From the human T2T-CHM13v2.0 reference genome, Homo sapiens, in the NCBI RefSeq assembly GCF_009914755.1, contig NC_060927.1: 64,000 bases of DNA. One strand, 5' to 3'. Within the stretch, counting starts at the first letter, position 1; every line of letters begins with the position of its first letter. A program made the translations under genes and the position numbers. Below are positions 13,190-29,030 of the stretch, piece after piece. The notes under the pieces were generated by a model. It had not been told where the DNA came from and did no database searches. It worked only from the letters and a program-made list of their open reading frames with translations.

Positions 13190-13350
13190 TGTCTCCTTTA
13201 TTTGTTCCTCATAGCAAAATGAGAGAGACATGGAAGACATTTTATCCCAATTCTACAGATGAGGAAATTCAACATTATTTGGTTTATAGTCATTAGCAGG
13301 TAAATGACACAGACAACACTGGGGCCAGTTGTCCTAATTGTCAGACCTGT
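13190..13350 (-). mobile_element. MIR
   Basis: tatcccaattctacagatgaggaaattc core. Confidence 0.65.
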
Positions 13351-13805
13351 GTTTTAAGTTGTATCATATTGTTACCAAAAAGGGTTGATGAGGGAATTGA
13401 AAAGATTTAAATAATTGAAATCTCATAGGCATTGAAGCAATGTTGGTTTTGCTAACGTAGATGTGTCATAGTTTATTCAAAACATTTCTTCTTATAAATC
13501 GAAACATTTGTAAGATTTCCCCCATTTAAATGTGAATCATTTTATAAAATGAAGATTCCTCTTTCAATTTATAAACTGAAAATTTATCAGTAGGGAAGAT
13601 TATCTATTGAATCATATTTTCTTATAAATTTGAGACCAAGGAATGTGATTCTACTTTCCCTCTCAAAATAAGGTATTCCTGCATTGCTTTTTAGGACTTT
13701 TTACAAGTCAATATCCTTTTATTAATGAAAATACTTAAGGCACGAGAATCGTAAAAGTGAATGGCAATCCAGTTACTGTACACAGATTCTGGTATTTTTC
13801 TATTC

Positions 13806-14630
<825 letters not shown>

Positions 14631-15325
14631 TCATTTTTATCTCCAGTTTCTTCCTCTGTAAATTGTATGGAATGGGCTCTCAGGACTTGCAGGTCTCAAG
14701 GGCTAAGATGATTTGTCTGAGCAAATGGTGATGCACCCCAAAAGAGCCAACAGACTTGGGTAAATGTGAACAGCCATAAACCTTAGAATGAGGGCATGTG
14801 CCATCTGAGTGTTTGAATGTCTTCCCATTCGTGTAACTATCGTTTTCAAATATGAAGGACGAAGAATAACAGCTTTCAGGAAGTGTTTAAAGGATTAAAA
14901 GTGTTTAAAGTATGAAAGTTCATTATGAAATTTCCTCAGAAAAATCTGTGGATCTACTACATTTTCATCACTCCAATAAAAAAATTAAAATCCAAAGGTG
15001 TTGAAGACATCTCAGGGTCGGTTTTCAAACTATCCTTCAGCACTCTTAGGGGCCTACCACATACCTCTCCTGACTTTCCTCCTCACCATCCCTCCGCCAA
15101 CAGGAGCAAGTCTGGGATCATTAGTTTTCCTTTGAGGAAGGAATTCTGTGGCTGAAAAGAAATTTGAAAACATCGAATCTGTCACCTAAACATTATATAA
15201 TTGTCACTGTTTTATTAAATGAGCACCCAGTGACTCAATTGCCTGCTCAAACTCATTTTTATGGAGCCAGTGCTTTCCTTCCACTTGGATGACATCTGGG
15301 CCAAGTTTCACGACCTGCCTCTTAG

Positions 15326-15671
<346 letters not shown>

Positions 15672-16710
15672 TAGCCTAGTCTCACTCTTTTCTAACATTG
15701 GAATGAAAGAAGCGTTGTTAAGAGTATGCATAACTGGTTTTTGTTGACCGCATCTGAAAATCCTGTGTGTTATTTCTCACCTCCCTTTGGACCCTGGAGG
15801 CATTAGCACCTAGTATTTTCAGACCTCAACAGAAATGGAAACTGAAATAGATACATTATATTATCCTGTTTTATAACAAAGATAACCTAGCACGTAATTG
15901 TCCCTCAATAAATGGATAGCTCCAGCTAAAGTGAATTTTTTGGAACCTATCAAGGATCCATACATATTCTTCTAATGACTGAGAAGTTGTATATCATTTT
16001 TTGTTTTGTTTTCAAGGAACTCAACATGATTTTATCAGTAAGATTACATTCAATACTTTGTTACAAAAAAAAGAAACCACGTATTATCTCATTTATTTTT
16101 CACAAATACCAACTAGTTTGGGAAGGAATCATGTATGTTCCCATTTGAGATCTGTGGAGGAGATCCACATCCCTGTGTTCCAGCCTTATATCCTTCATTC
16201 TTCCCTTATTTCACTTTATGTTAATATTTCATGCTATCAAATTTTTGTGACACATTTAAAGAAATGGCATCATTCACATTTTACACACATGAATATTGAG
16301 GAAAAAAACATTCTAAGTATGTCTCTAAAATTGTGCTAAGTAAATTTATTGTTTTGTTTTTCACGTCCTATTTTTACCCCTTTCTTAACAGTTCCCTAAG
16401 CTCTATGTTTAACACACACAAATGTATACACACACTTGCACATGTATCCACACACATGCACACAGCTATGTAAAATGTATTACTACTTCAACTGAATGTT
16501 CATTGCACCCAAAGTGTTATATCATATATGATGTAATAGGGTCTCAAGCTTACAGAATTTAGAACATTTTACAGTATCAGAGAGTTACATAGGGAAGAGA
16601 TTTGGGGAACAATGTGAAACTGATCATGACTCCTCCTTACACAGGCTTAAGGATGTTCCAACTTCAATGTTCAGTCTTCCTTCAGCAAGTGCCCCACTTC
16701 TTGGGGCATC

Positions 16711-16885
16711 TATATATATATATATATATATATATGTATACACACACATATATATATACACACATATATATACACACACATATATACACACATATATATA
16801 CACACACACATATATACACACATATATATACACATATATACACACACATATATATACACACACATATATATACACACATATATAT

Positions 16886-16925
<40 letters not shown>
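16711..16925. repeat. Compound (TA)n/(CA)n microsatellite, 215 bp
   Basis: Seen directly; it generates the overlapping ORFs at 16.6-17.0 kb. Confidence 0.97.
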
Positions 16926-16940
<15 letters not shown>

Positions 16941-17212
16941 GAGACGAAGTCTCGCGCTCTCGCCCAGGCTGGAGTGCAGTGGCGCAAAATATCGGCTCAC
17001 TGCAAGCTCCGCCTCCTGGGTTCAAGCCATTTTCCTGCCTCAGCCTCCCGAGCAGCTGGGACTACAGGCATCCGCCACTGCGCCCGGCTAATTTTTTGTA
17101 TTTTTAGTAGAGACGGGGTTTCACCGTGGTCTGGATCTCCTGACCACGTGATCCACCCGCCTTCGGCCTCCAAAAGTGCTGGGATTACAGGCCTGAGCCA
17201 CCACGCCCGGCC
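16925..17212 (-). mobile_element. AluY-lineage element with the 12-bp left-arm deletion (AluYc/Yd type)
   Basis: tttcaccgt^ggtct junction lacking gttagccaggat; TSD cttggggcat at 16700-16709 and 17214-17223. Confidence 0.9.
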
Positions 17213-18689
17213 CCTTGGGGCATATATTTTGAGTAAAGATAATATCCTTGGCCACATAGTCTCTTTCTTATTCTTACTTGTTCTAATTTCCTCACTTATA
17301 TATTTTTTGTAAATTGTATATATTTTGTGAGCAATATGAGTAATTTCTTTTCCGGAACAATTAATCATATAAATAAACATAAGTTTTCAAAAAAATCAAT
17401 TTTTCTACTTTCTGAAAAACGTTCTCACTTGCCAAGTTTTCTAGGTTAAATTAGGTCCCTTGGAGAATACAGCTTATATTTTTGCTCCTGTTCATTTATC
17501 TCTCTATATCTATTTATTTCTCAGTGACTAGAGGTATAAAAACTAAGATTCAGAAAAAATGAATGATCCCTACTTACAATCCATTTTTTCAAGTTGTCAT
17601 CTTTTAAGGGTTGATGAACATGGTGGAAGTATGTGGCTTCTCTTCAAGTCTTCAATTTTCGAGTATTCATTAGCTCGACTCTATAAATAAGTTAGCCTAT
17701 CAAGACCAAGATGCTGTGAATGACAGCTCTGCTCCTCTGATTACTAGATCCACTTAAATGATCTCATGTATACTTTTAAAATTTGTATCTGTGACATTTT
17801 TTAAGGGAGCAAGGAAATGTGCTAATTACCTTCACTTCTAAGTTTATAGGTAAAATGAAAACTATCTCATTAATCCAGAGTGAGACATGGCCCTGGGTTG
17901 ACGATATAAAGTGAGAAACTGAGATTAGTTTTGAAAACAAGTCACATGCAATTTTACTATGTTGGTGTTGGTTAGTTTGTTGGTTTTTTCTGCTTACTTA
18001 ATTGTCAAGGATCTTCATTCTGAATGAGGATAAGAACTTGACGGTGTTTGCACTCATTGTGTGACAATGGGGTAATCTCATCTGAGTATAGTGATTCCCT
18101 TTCTCAATCATGTAGGAGGGAGTGACAAAGACTCCCACTGTGTAGATAGTTGCTGTCTGTCAGTGGATTTTCTCGGCAAAAATGTCTTTTTCTTCTGACA
18201 TCTGTTACTTCACAGTAATGGGAATACTTTGACTACCTTCCTGGGTTGTACAAGTAACAAAAGAGCAAATATTATTGTAAATTTTGCTACCTCTTAGTAT
18301 CTAGGTTGTCTTTGCAAAAAAATTGTATTTGGAACTATATGTACCTCAGAGAAAGAGGGGGGCCTTGTTTGCACTCATTATGGCATTACTTTGGTATTAT
18401 TATTTTTACTTATATACTTCTCTTCTCCATAAGAATACATACCCCTTAAAGACAGTCTTGTCTTTTTAATGATTTTTTTCTCCAGTGCCTTGCAGAGTGT
18501 CAAAACACAGTAGATATAAAAAAAAGTTTTTAAACTGATAAGTGTGAAAGAAGAATAATAGAAAGTGTTTTTCTATTTAACTACCTAGACTTTATAAAAC
18601 TCCTTGATCACTTATATTCAGGAGCCATCATTACCAGCATTGTTGTTTTCATCACTGTTGTCATCTTTGTCATCATCTCACCTCCCATT

Positions 18690-18910
18690 TATTGGTCTCT
18701 TATTAAGTACCAGTCTCTCTGTTAAGCAAGTTTTATACATAACCTCATTTAATCCACATAACAGTCTTATGAGATATTGACCTCAGCTCCATTTTAAAGC
18801 TGAAGAAGCGGAGGTATGGACAATGCAAGCAATTTGTCACAGCTGAACAAGTAGCAGAGTCATGGTTCAAACTCTGTACTTGTCTTATGTTAGGTTCAAG
18901 CTCTTATCTA
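18690..18910 (-). mobile_element. MIR
   Basis: ctcatttaatccacataacagtcttatgag...ccattttaaagctgaagaagcggagg. Confidence 0.75.
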
Positions 18911-19159
18911 CCTTGTGGTTGTGGCAGAAGTTACCTTCCCCCTTCCCCCCACCAGTCTTCTTGATTGTACCATAAAGTTTTTGTCAGTTTTTTAATTGCT
19001 CTAATCCCATCTCCTGCTATCTGCTTACCTATATGCCTTCTTGGATGTATGTTATTGAAAAGAAAAAAAATCTGAGTTAGGTTAATTAAAGGAATAAAAG
19101 TGAGTTAGGTTAATTAAAGGAAAAAAACACAATCCTAGGTATGGAGATTCATTTCATTC

Positions 19160-19348
19160 TAGGTGGCTCTCAACTCAGGCTACATATCAGAATTGCCTAA
19201 TAAGTTTTTGAAAACTGCAGATTCCCAGGCTCTGTCCAAAAACTGCTGAATCAGAATCCCTTAGGAGAGATCCTGGCATCTCATTTAAAAAAAAACAAAT
19301 GCCATGCTGTATTTCTTATGTGCAACCTGGTTAGCAAATCAGGGCTTA
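19160..19348. mobile_element. MER5-type hAT-Charlie MITE
   Basis: tggctctcaact...tgcagattcccaggctctgtcc...ctgctgaatcagaatc. Confidence 0.75.
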
Positions 19349-21321
19349 GGTCTGTGAGACAGTGACTTGAAGAAGTGATTTCTCCCTGAGCACTGGACCG
19401 GCAATGTGAGTGCCTTGGGCAATGGTGGTGGTGGTGGGTTGAGCAATGGATGCCTGGACAGTGCCCGGATTTTTCCTAGTTATTTTTTTCAACAAATATT
19501 TATTGAGTATCTGCTATGTGCCATACAATGTGCAAGGGCTTACACCTCTGCAAGTGTAAAAACAGGAAATAATTCAACCAATAGAACTATTTAATTTTTC
19601 TTTATAATTAAAATTTTGAGGTATATCCACTTTGTTCACAACATACTCAACTCGGATGTCTTAGCTCTGTGCCCAGTTTGTAAGTTTCATAGAGTAAGCG
19701 ATTTAGAGAAGTCAGTGCAGGAGAGAAAGGCATAAACCTACACACACACCCACACACACACATCCACAAATAAAATGTCTGGAGAACACACTAAATCATT
19801 AATACAAGCTACTCATAATTTATTTTTTATGAGAAAAATGAGAGAACATTTAGACTACAATTTAAATAAATTCACATAACAAAGGAGTTATAACTGATTC
19901 TCTTGATTATTGCATATTCTACATCTTCACATTTATCCTCAAAGTAAATAATTCTCTTTGTGTCCCCAGGACTCATCTAAGCATAAATTCTTGGTAACTG
20001 TGCTTATCAGGTTTGACTTTGACATCTGACTGTTCTCACAGGTGTCTTTATTGATTTTTTAATCTGTTGTAGTATCTAGTATCTGTGTGTTATAATCACA
20101 TTCCTTTTTTTTCTCCCCTATTACCACTCTGACTTTGCCTCTCCAGCTCACCACCCCCAGCACTTGGCCACTCCCACTCTACACCGCTTGATTCTGTCTT
20201 TTGTCTCCTGTACTGATAAAAAGAAGTAAGAAAAAGATTCCCTGTGGCAGGTAACATTTTCCCCCTTGCTCTTCCCACAGCTCACCACTAGGCCCCATAT
20301 CTACAGAAATGGATTTCTTCCCTTTTTTCAGTAATGTTCTGGCACCTCTACTTCTTGCATTAGCTCCAGGCCTTAGAAAGCAACTGTATTACTAGGGATT
20401 TTATTTTTCTGAATATTTTCAAATACATTTGAATAAAATAAATTTTTAAAACACAAATATGGCAGTTTCCTCAAAAATAGTATTAAAAATGTCTCCAAAG
20501 GATCATACGGACGTCTTGACAAGTTCACATATCTTAGTATTCTGTCTATCTTTAGGGAAATGGAAAAATAAATAGAATGGGGTTAAGCAAGCTAGTGAAT
20601 AGTCAAGGATTTATTTAAAAAGTTCTAATTTGGACCTCATTCAAGTTATGAAGGAATATTAATTATAGTTTACATTCTCAATCTTAAGAACTAAATTAAA
20701 ACTGAACTTGCAAGTTTTTAGTGAGTTTATTTCTGCATTGTGTCTGAAAACATGTTCTTTATTCAATTAGTTAGGCATTTACTACACGCTTTTGGATATA
20801 ATTATAAAAGTAAAGAATAAATAATCACTATTCTCCTAGTGGTGTCTAGCATAGGAGATGGATATGACTGTTAAAGTCTGGAGGGTTAAAAAGAAGAAAT
20901 ATATGCAATTTAAAATATTTTTATTCCTGAATAGTAAATAGTATGTGCCTGTTTTGTTTCAGAAAAGGAATATTTGAGTCCATCCATGGTTGTTTTGTTT
21001 CTGTTAATGAAAATCATTGTAAATGAAAGGAAGAAACACGCCCTTTTGAATTAGGCACTAATAATTTTGTTTTATTATGTAAAATCTTTGACCAATTAGT
21101 CAGAATATGAAGTAGTATTTTTTTAATTAATGAATTTGGCCTCTTAACCTTGGATGAAGTGGCATGAGTTTTAGAGGATATTTTCACACCAGAAACCAGT
21201 ATTTTCTGAGTCCAGACTTTTGCTGACAGTTTGCCTTTGTCTAAATATAGTAATATAGAGATACTCTGTTCATATTTACACATTTCTCTAAGAAGTTGTT
21301 GACTTGAAACCTGCACAATAA

Positions 21322-21619
<298 letters not shown>

Positions 21620-22869
21620 AACTGTTTTGTAATTTTATCGGTCATGCTTTTTTGTACAATTTCTTTTATTTCAAATTGCTCCATAGAATGGCAATGAATT
21701 TGTCATATTTTATGAGACTAAATAGTTAAAATACTGTTTTATGATTATTTTTCCTATAAACTCTACAAAGAATACAGTGACTAGTTCTTATACACTTCCT
21801 TATATGTTTCTTTTGGAAATACTGTCAAATCACCTCCTTTTCACAGCTTCTAAAATGAAAATTGATTTGTCATCTTGATTCTTCTGTTGATCATGTATTT
21901 ATTCAATAAAGTGTAAAGGCTGAATATAAACTGGGTATCCTAATACTGTCTATGACTTTTCAGAGGGGCTAAAAAAGATCTGTGAGCTATTTATATTTAG
22001 ATTTGAATACAAGTCCAAGTTCCCGTATGGCACTCAGATTTCACATTTTCCTCAATTAATAAATTTCCAGCAGCTGTGTGGGAGTTTAGGATCAATTTAG
22101 CTACGTTAGCTTGTTAGAAATAATGCATACCAAAATGATAAAAATTCAAATTATGATGCCAGTACTGTCTCTAGACTTGTTTCCTGTTGTTAGAATTTTC
22201 TCAGAAAATATGTCCAGCTGAGTTTGAGGTGAAATATTTGTTCACCTCTCGTCCTTTAATATTTTACTTCAGTTTTTCTCTCAAGTAGATTCAGGATTCA
22301 TTTTTTGCTAACACCCTGAAAGAGACCTGAATAATTACCTTGTTCAGCTTCTTATTTGAAAGTAAGGAAGCTGGAGGCTTAGAGAGGCACAGCTGTTTAG
22401 GATAGAAACCATTGTCTACATTGTGCCCTTACTCTGCTGAAAATATTCAGCTAAACAGTATGAGGCTCTATAAACATGAGGTAGAGTATTCTCATTCAAC
22501 GGAGACCTTTCTAGTTTAAGTAAGAACATTACCGAGACAGAAAGTGTTGGATATATCTGAAAATGCTATGAGATTGTGGTTAGTAGTGCATTTAGCATAA
22601 TTTTAATATGGAAGACACATTCTTTTTTCCTAAGATTCTTTTAAGACTATCATTATCTTTAAAATTATCAGAGAAGTTAATAGAAATATTTTCTTCCTTT
22701 AACTGAGAATATATACTCAGTTTGACCAGAACATACGGATTTTGAGCATGCAGTGTTATATAGTTGAAAAAAGTAGCTTTTCTGACATTACCTATCTTTT
22801 GATTGTTTAATTTCATAACTATATTTCAGAATATTCTATTCCATTTATGGTTTTGTGTGTATATGATAT

Positions 22870-23515
22870 ACAGTTGATTCTCATTATTTGTGTTAGTTAT
22901 GCTCTATAAAATTGTATAAACACTGAATTAGCAAATACTTGACCATTTCTCCTAAAGGAGATATAGGAGTTAAGTTCTTGTGAGCCTCTGGTCACAATAA
23001 TTTTGTCAAACAATCAATACATAACCTTGTTTTATGTGTATTTCTATTTAAGGCAACTTTAATATATATTTTTGATTTATTACCAGTGAACTTAAAACCA
23101 ATAGCACTATAACTCATGCTTGAACAAAGCTTATCTAACACATGTGTTTTCTCCATAAGTCACATCACAGTCTTGCTCTTAGCAACACTAGACAGTACTT
23201 CAGCATTATACTTCTGAGCCAATTTAAAAAAGAAAATTATCAACAAAAAGCACAAAAATGCAAAAAACACGGCACTAAATAGAACACAAAAAAGACACTT
23301 GTTTTTACAGTATGAGAGGTAAACCAAGAAGGCAGAGCATCACTTTGTTCAGCCACAGGTGGGAATGTGTCAGGTAATTCAAATATTTTAATGCTTTGTG
23401 TGTGTCTGCAAATAATTGTAAAAGATTCATGAGTACTGATTTTGTGGTTATAAATGAGTTTTAATGAGTAGCCAAATTCACAAATAAGGCACCCAGAAGT
23501 AATGATTGTCATGCA
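22870..23515. mobile_element. MER82-like Tigger-family DNA transposon
   Basis: cagttgattctcattatt terminus; caacaaaaagcacaaaaatgc...ggcactaaataga; about 650 bp. Confidence 0.75.
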
Positions 23516-26500
23516 TCTATGACATGTTTTGGTTAATATACAATAGGAATTATTTTCTATTATGTTCTATCTTTTAATTCAAAATACTTGGTAGACAGCA
23601 GCCTCCCCCATTCTGTACTTCTACTTATTATTGGTTTTAGGGAAATACCTCTTTGTGTAATATTTATTATCTTTTAAATATATACATATTAAAACTTGAG
23701 TATTTAAATGCATGTATATTTAAATACATGTGTATTATTTTTATACACCTACAGAGACAGAGAGTGAGAAAGAAAGGAGAGAGAACAAGGGTGTGTTGAT
23801 GTGCAAAAGAAAGTCATTTTAAAGAATCATGAATGAACTAATTATTCATGTGTTAATGTAGCAGCCTGCTTAAAAATTATTTGATATACATGAAATTGAC
23901 TTAACCTCTTCTGTTTATAGACAATTAAAATGAAAAGACTTCATAATTAATATAATCTTAACACTGTTTTAAAATGCAGTTAATGGGAAGTCATCCATCT
24001 TCTGACATAGTTAATTCAGTTTTTGCCACACTTCTAGCTACTAAATTTGAACATGTCATTATATATTAGAAGGTGATGCTTTGCTTCACTTTTTTTTCTT
24101 AATATTAAAGTCAGTGGAACATTTGTTTAGTATATTACCAACTCAGTTCTTTATTCATTTATCAAAATTAATTTATGCCTTCTAGCGACACTGAATAGCA
24201 CAGGGAAGTAAATGCAGTAATTGGGTTGCCAATTCCAGAAAATTCTGCACTGGATTGTTAATAAGATTTAGAATTGAGGCTTCTGAAATAAAAAAAAAAT
24301 TACTTATTTGTATTATATTTTATACCTGGAGATTTTTTTATTGCTCTATCTTTGGAGAACAGAAATCATTAGTCATTTTAAGTTTTTGTTCATTAAAAAA
24401 TTGTGAATAGCTAATAAAGGGCTAGTGGTCTCTTTCAGTCTCTTAATCTTTAGGTCCTAACTCAGTGCTGAAAACATAAGTTCAAAAATTACTCTGCAAA
24501 TCATTGTGTTACATATTGCTAAGGGAGCTGCTTCAATAAAAGGATGAATGTTTCTTTTCCTCAAGATACACTACAGTAAGAGAGGGAAGACTGGCATTAC
24601 TATAACACAGTATAAAATGGAAAGATTATACAAAAACCTAGCAGCAAAGAATATGAGTGGGCAAATGGAAAGCCTGCTTCATAAGGGGAATAGAGAAAGG
24701 AGAATTTAGACTGAGATTTGAATTCTGAGTAGAATCTGTTGGCTAGAAAGGGAGTGTGGTCCTCCAGCAGGTTTTACTGGAGCAGGAAATTCTTGAAGAC
24801 AAACATAGGGAGGCAAATTTCAGGAAGGCTGAAATGGTAATTTGGACTTATGGTTCAGGTCTTGCATGTCAAGTAATATGGTTAGACTTTAATAAATAGA
24901 TAACTGGAGCTATTACAAAATATTGAACTGGCAGGGAGTCTTGCTTTTAAGAAGAAGTTGTGTGTTGGCTGAGCATTCTGTCCTCACTTAGGCTCACTCC
25001 TGAGGCAGGAGGCTGTGTGTTAGATGGATTAGGTAAGATGCGACACTAAAAGCAAAGAAGCAAGGTAGGAATTGTATTCATAGTATTATGTTACCTGAAC
25101 CAGAGTGGGAAATTTGAATTAGGAAGTTGGGGATAAATATGAGATATATTGTTGAGAAAGGATATATTTTTAGTGTAATAAACATTTTTTTTTCTTGGCT
25201 GAGAGATTATTTACCCTAAACTAGAATTCTTTAGTTTTTGTAGAGAATTTACTCCTGGTAAATTACTGTTTTTGTTGTTGATCTGGTTTTGTTTGGGATG
25301 GGAGAATGTTTATTATTTGTTTCTCTAACGCTTGCCAAATATGCATATCTGTGGTGATAGTAAAATACCATATATGAATTATCCATTTTGAGTAATAAAG
25401 ACAAAATATTTGGCTTAATGCTAAAAAACTATGCTGATTAACAATTTAATCTTTACTGGTCATTTGAAAGATAATATTATGGGCCTCACTGTCAACATTA
25501 AGAATATCAGTTATGATCCGTTTTTGTTGTAGTTATTTCTCTCCAAGATGAATGTTAACAGGGACAATTAAAATACTTCTGGCAGATATTTTAGTTAAAA
25601 GTAGAAATATTCTAACTCATCTCAGGGGCTTGAAAGATTTGGTAGTATTTCAGAACAAATTTTGTGAGAAAGAGTTAAAATATAAGTATTTTTGAACAAG
25701 ATCTGCAGAGAGTTTAACAGAATGAAATAATAGTAACAGCTACAATAAAATCATTCTCTTTATTGTTTCCAAAGAAATACAATAACAGATAGTGTTATTT
25801 AAGTAAAGTCGTAGGGGAAACAGGATATTAATGCTTGTTGAAAGATGCTGAAACTCTAGGTAGAGGAGAAGTGTGTATCCATACACATTGCACTCTATAT
25901 TCTTGTTCTAATCTCAGTAGGGAAGATTATAAAGATGGAAATTATGTAAATGACATTCGTGGTGGTTTTGCAGTAGAGTTGGTAAGTAGGAAGAGAAGGA
26001 CTTTTTCAAGAGACACCCTAGTAAAAGTATGATTATTTAATAAAATGCAGAAGGGCAGGTTTTCTGACGTAAGACTGATGCTTTTATACATGGCCAGAAT
26101 CAGAGTACATAGGAAAAACTGAGAAGCTTTTGTACCAAGAAGTTTTCTTAAATTTGTACTGATTACTAAAGGTTGAACCCTCAAAACATTTAAAAGTCAA
26201 AATCATGCTTCAGAATCAGTATTTTCTGCTGAAAAGTTTAGAGAAAATATGCTAGGATAGCCTAGAATGTATTATAAAACTAACTATTTCAACCCTTTAC
26301 CTACTTTGAGAGTTTTGTGAAGGCGATCTGGCATGACCTACATTTGTTCAAAGGGCCAAGACAGACTTGGCCCTTCAAAGGGCCAAGACTCTAATCAGAG
26401 CTAAAGGAATTTTGAAGTATTTATTTCAAAGTATTCAGAGAGACATGCTTCTTGTTGAAACAATTATGAAAGCTACTATTGAACTGCCTGATATTTATCA

Positions 26501-28184
26501 TGGAATAAACAGAAGGCTGTCAAAATGGAAGATTAGCTTTGACTTTAGGAATATTACACTTTTGGAGATTAGGAATTGCCAACGTTATAACAAGAATAAG
26601 CCATTAGCAGTTTCATTAAGTTTGACTCTTCCAAAAGTTGCCTTATTTCGGGCAGGTTCTTGTATTTTCTGAACTTGACTTCAGGCATTCAAAATTGCTA
26701 TTGTGGCTTTACAATCTGGTTCACTATACTTACAAAGCAAATCAGTACAAAGTTGTATGGTTTTTTTTGTTTGTTTGTTTTTTTGTTTGTTTGTTTGGTT
26801 TGGTTTGATCTTTTAAATCTCCCCAAAAAGACTATTTGATAGGCTATGAGGATATACTCTTTGTAAAATATTCTGTGAGAGCATATTTTTAGATGATTAC
26901 ACAAAGTTTAAAAAATACATTCCATCTGATACTTCTGCTCACAAGTAATTGTCATATCTAATTGCATAGGGTGATCACAGAGAAAGGATATTGGTCAGAG
27001 GAAATAAAATAAAATAGAAATTAAATTCTTTTGGTAGACTAGAGACAGAAATATAACATGGTAATATAAAAAGGCATGCAATTTTCAAGATGGCCTGAAT
27101 ATTATCATAACAAACATAAACTGTTTTAGAGAGGATTAACATTTTTATGAAGTTGCTTTCTTTCCAGTAACATGATATATTTTTATTTGTCAAAGCCTAT
27201 TTTTGTGGCAAGACATTTTTAGTCATACTGATACTGAAAGAGTTTATCCCTAATAAACATTCAGAAAATAATTTTTAAAAGATATACTTTATCAAGAGGA
27301 AAATTGAGCCCAGAAGGATTGTGTGCTGGTCTTTGCTGTTTCCTCTCAGATCTATTCCTTGCCCTTCTCCTGCTTTGTTCTATATTTCATTTCACTCCAG
27401 AAGTTAGAAAAAGAAAAATGGAATAAAATTAAAGAAAGTAGCAGAAAGAAAGGAGGAGGAACAAAGATAGATCAGAAATGTTCAATATAAGGGAAAGAAA
27501 GAGATGAACGACAAAACAAGCTTGGGTTTCTGAATAAATTAATGATATGTAAATATCTGTCAAGATTAATCTAAAAAGAGAGAAAAGACATAAAGAAATG
27601 AATTTGTAATAAAAAGGAAAACAGATATTTTTAACACCCTATGATTACCATGAGCAAATTTAAGCCAATATAATAACTATATGTAATAGATGAATATCTA
27701 TAAATTGTAAATTTCCAAAATTGACTCAAAAAATAGAAAAGTTGAATAAGCAAATAGCAAACAAACAAATTTAAAAAATCAACTCAAAGATGTTTATAGT
27801 TTGTCCTCATTGTCCCCTGTCTTGCACAGACAACAGAAAGATTATTAGCATACATATTCAAGGAACTGATGATCCCTAATCTCGGCTGACAGTTTCAACA
27901 AACAGAGAAAGAGTGAAATATCCTTGATCTAGAAATCTTGTTACAAAACTGGACAAGAATAGTAATAAAAATAAAATTAGGGGCCAATCCTTTTTTCACA
28001 TACAAACACATATAATACTAACAAAGTGAATTCAGTGTTGTGCGTGACATTTGTATAGAAAAGAAAATGACCAAATTCCTGGGTATCTATAACACAGGAA
28101 AAGTATGGTTCCTCATCAGAAAACAAACAAACAAAAAAACCAAACCCCAAAACTGTTCTTTTATATACTATACTAAAAAAGAGA

Positions 28185-29030
<846 letters not shown>

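Noticed and set aside
16602-17380. Longest ORF (236 aa) and its overlapping neighbours
   Set aside because: Open only because the TA/CA microsatellite and adjacent Alu lack stop codons; the HIYT/VCIY repeats are artefacts
19073-19122. TGAGTTAGGTTAATTAAAGGAA repeated with a 28-bp period
   Set aside because: Simple two-copy tandem duplication; similar ones occur near 5.83, 45.55, 46.15 and 50.19 kb, with no evidence of function
26367-26672. 101-aa non-repeat ORF
   Set aside because: Starts at TTG, has no recognisable domain and no convincing splice frame
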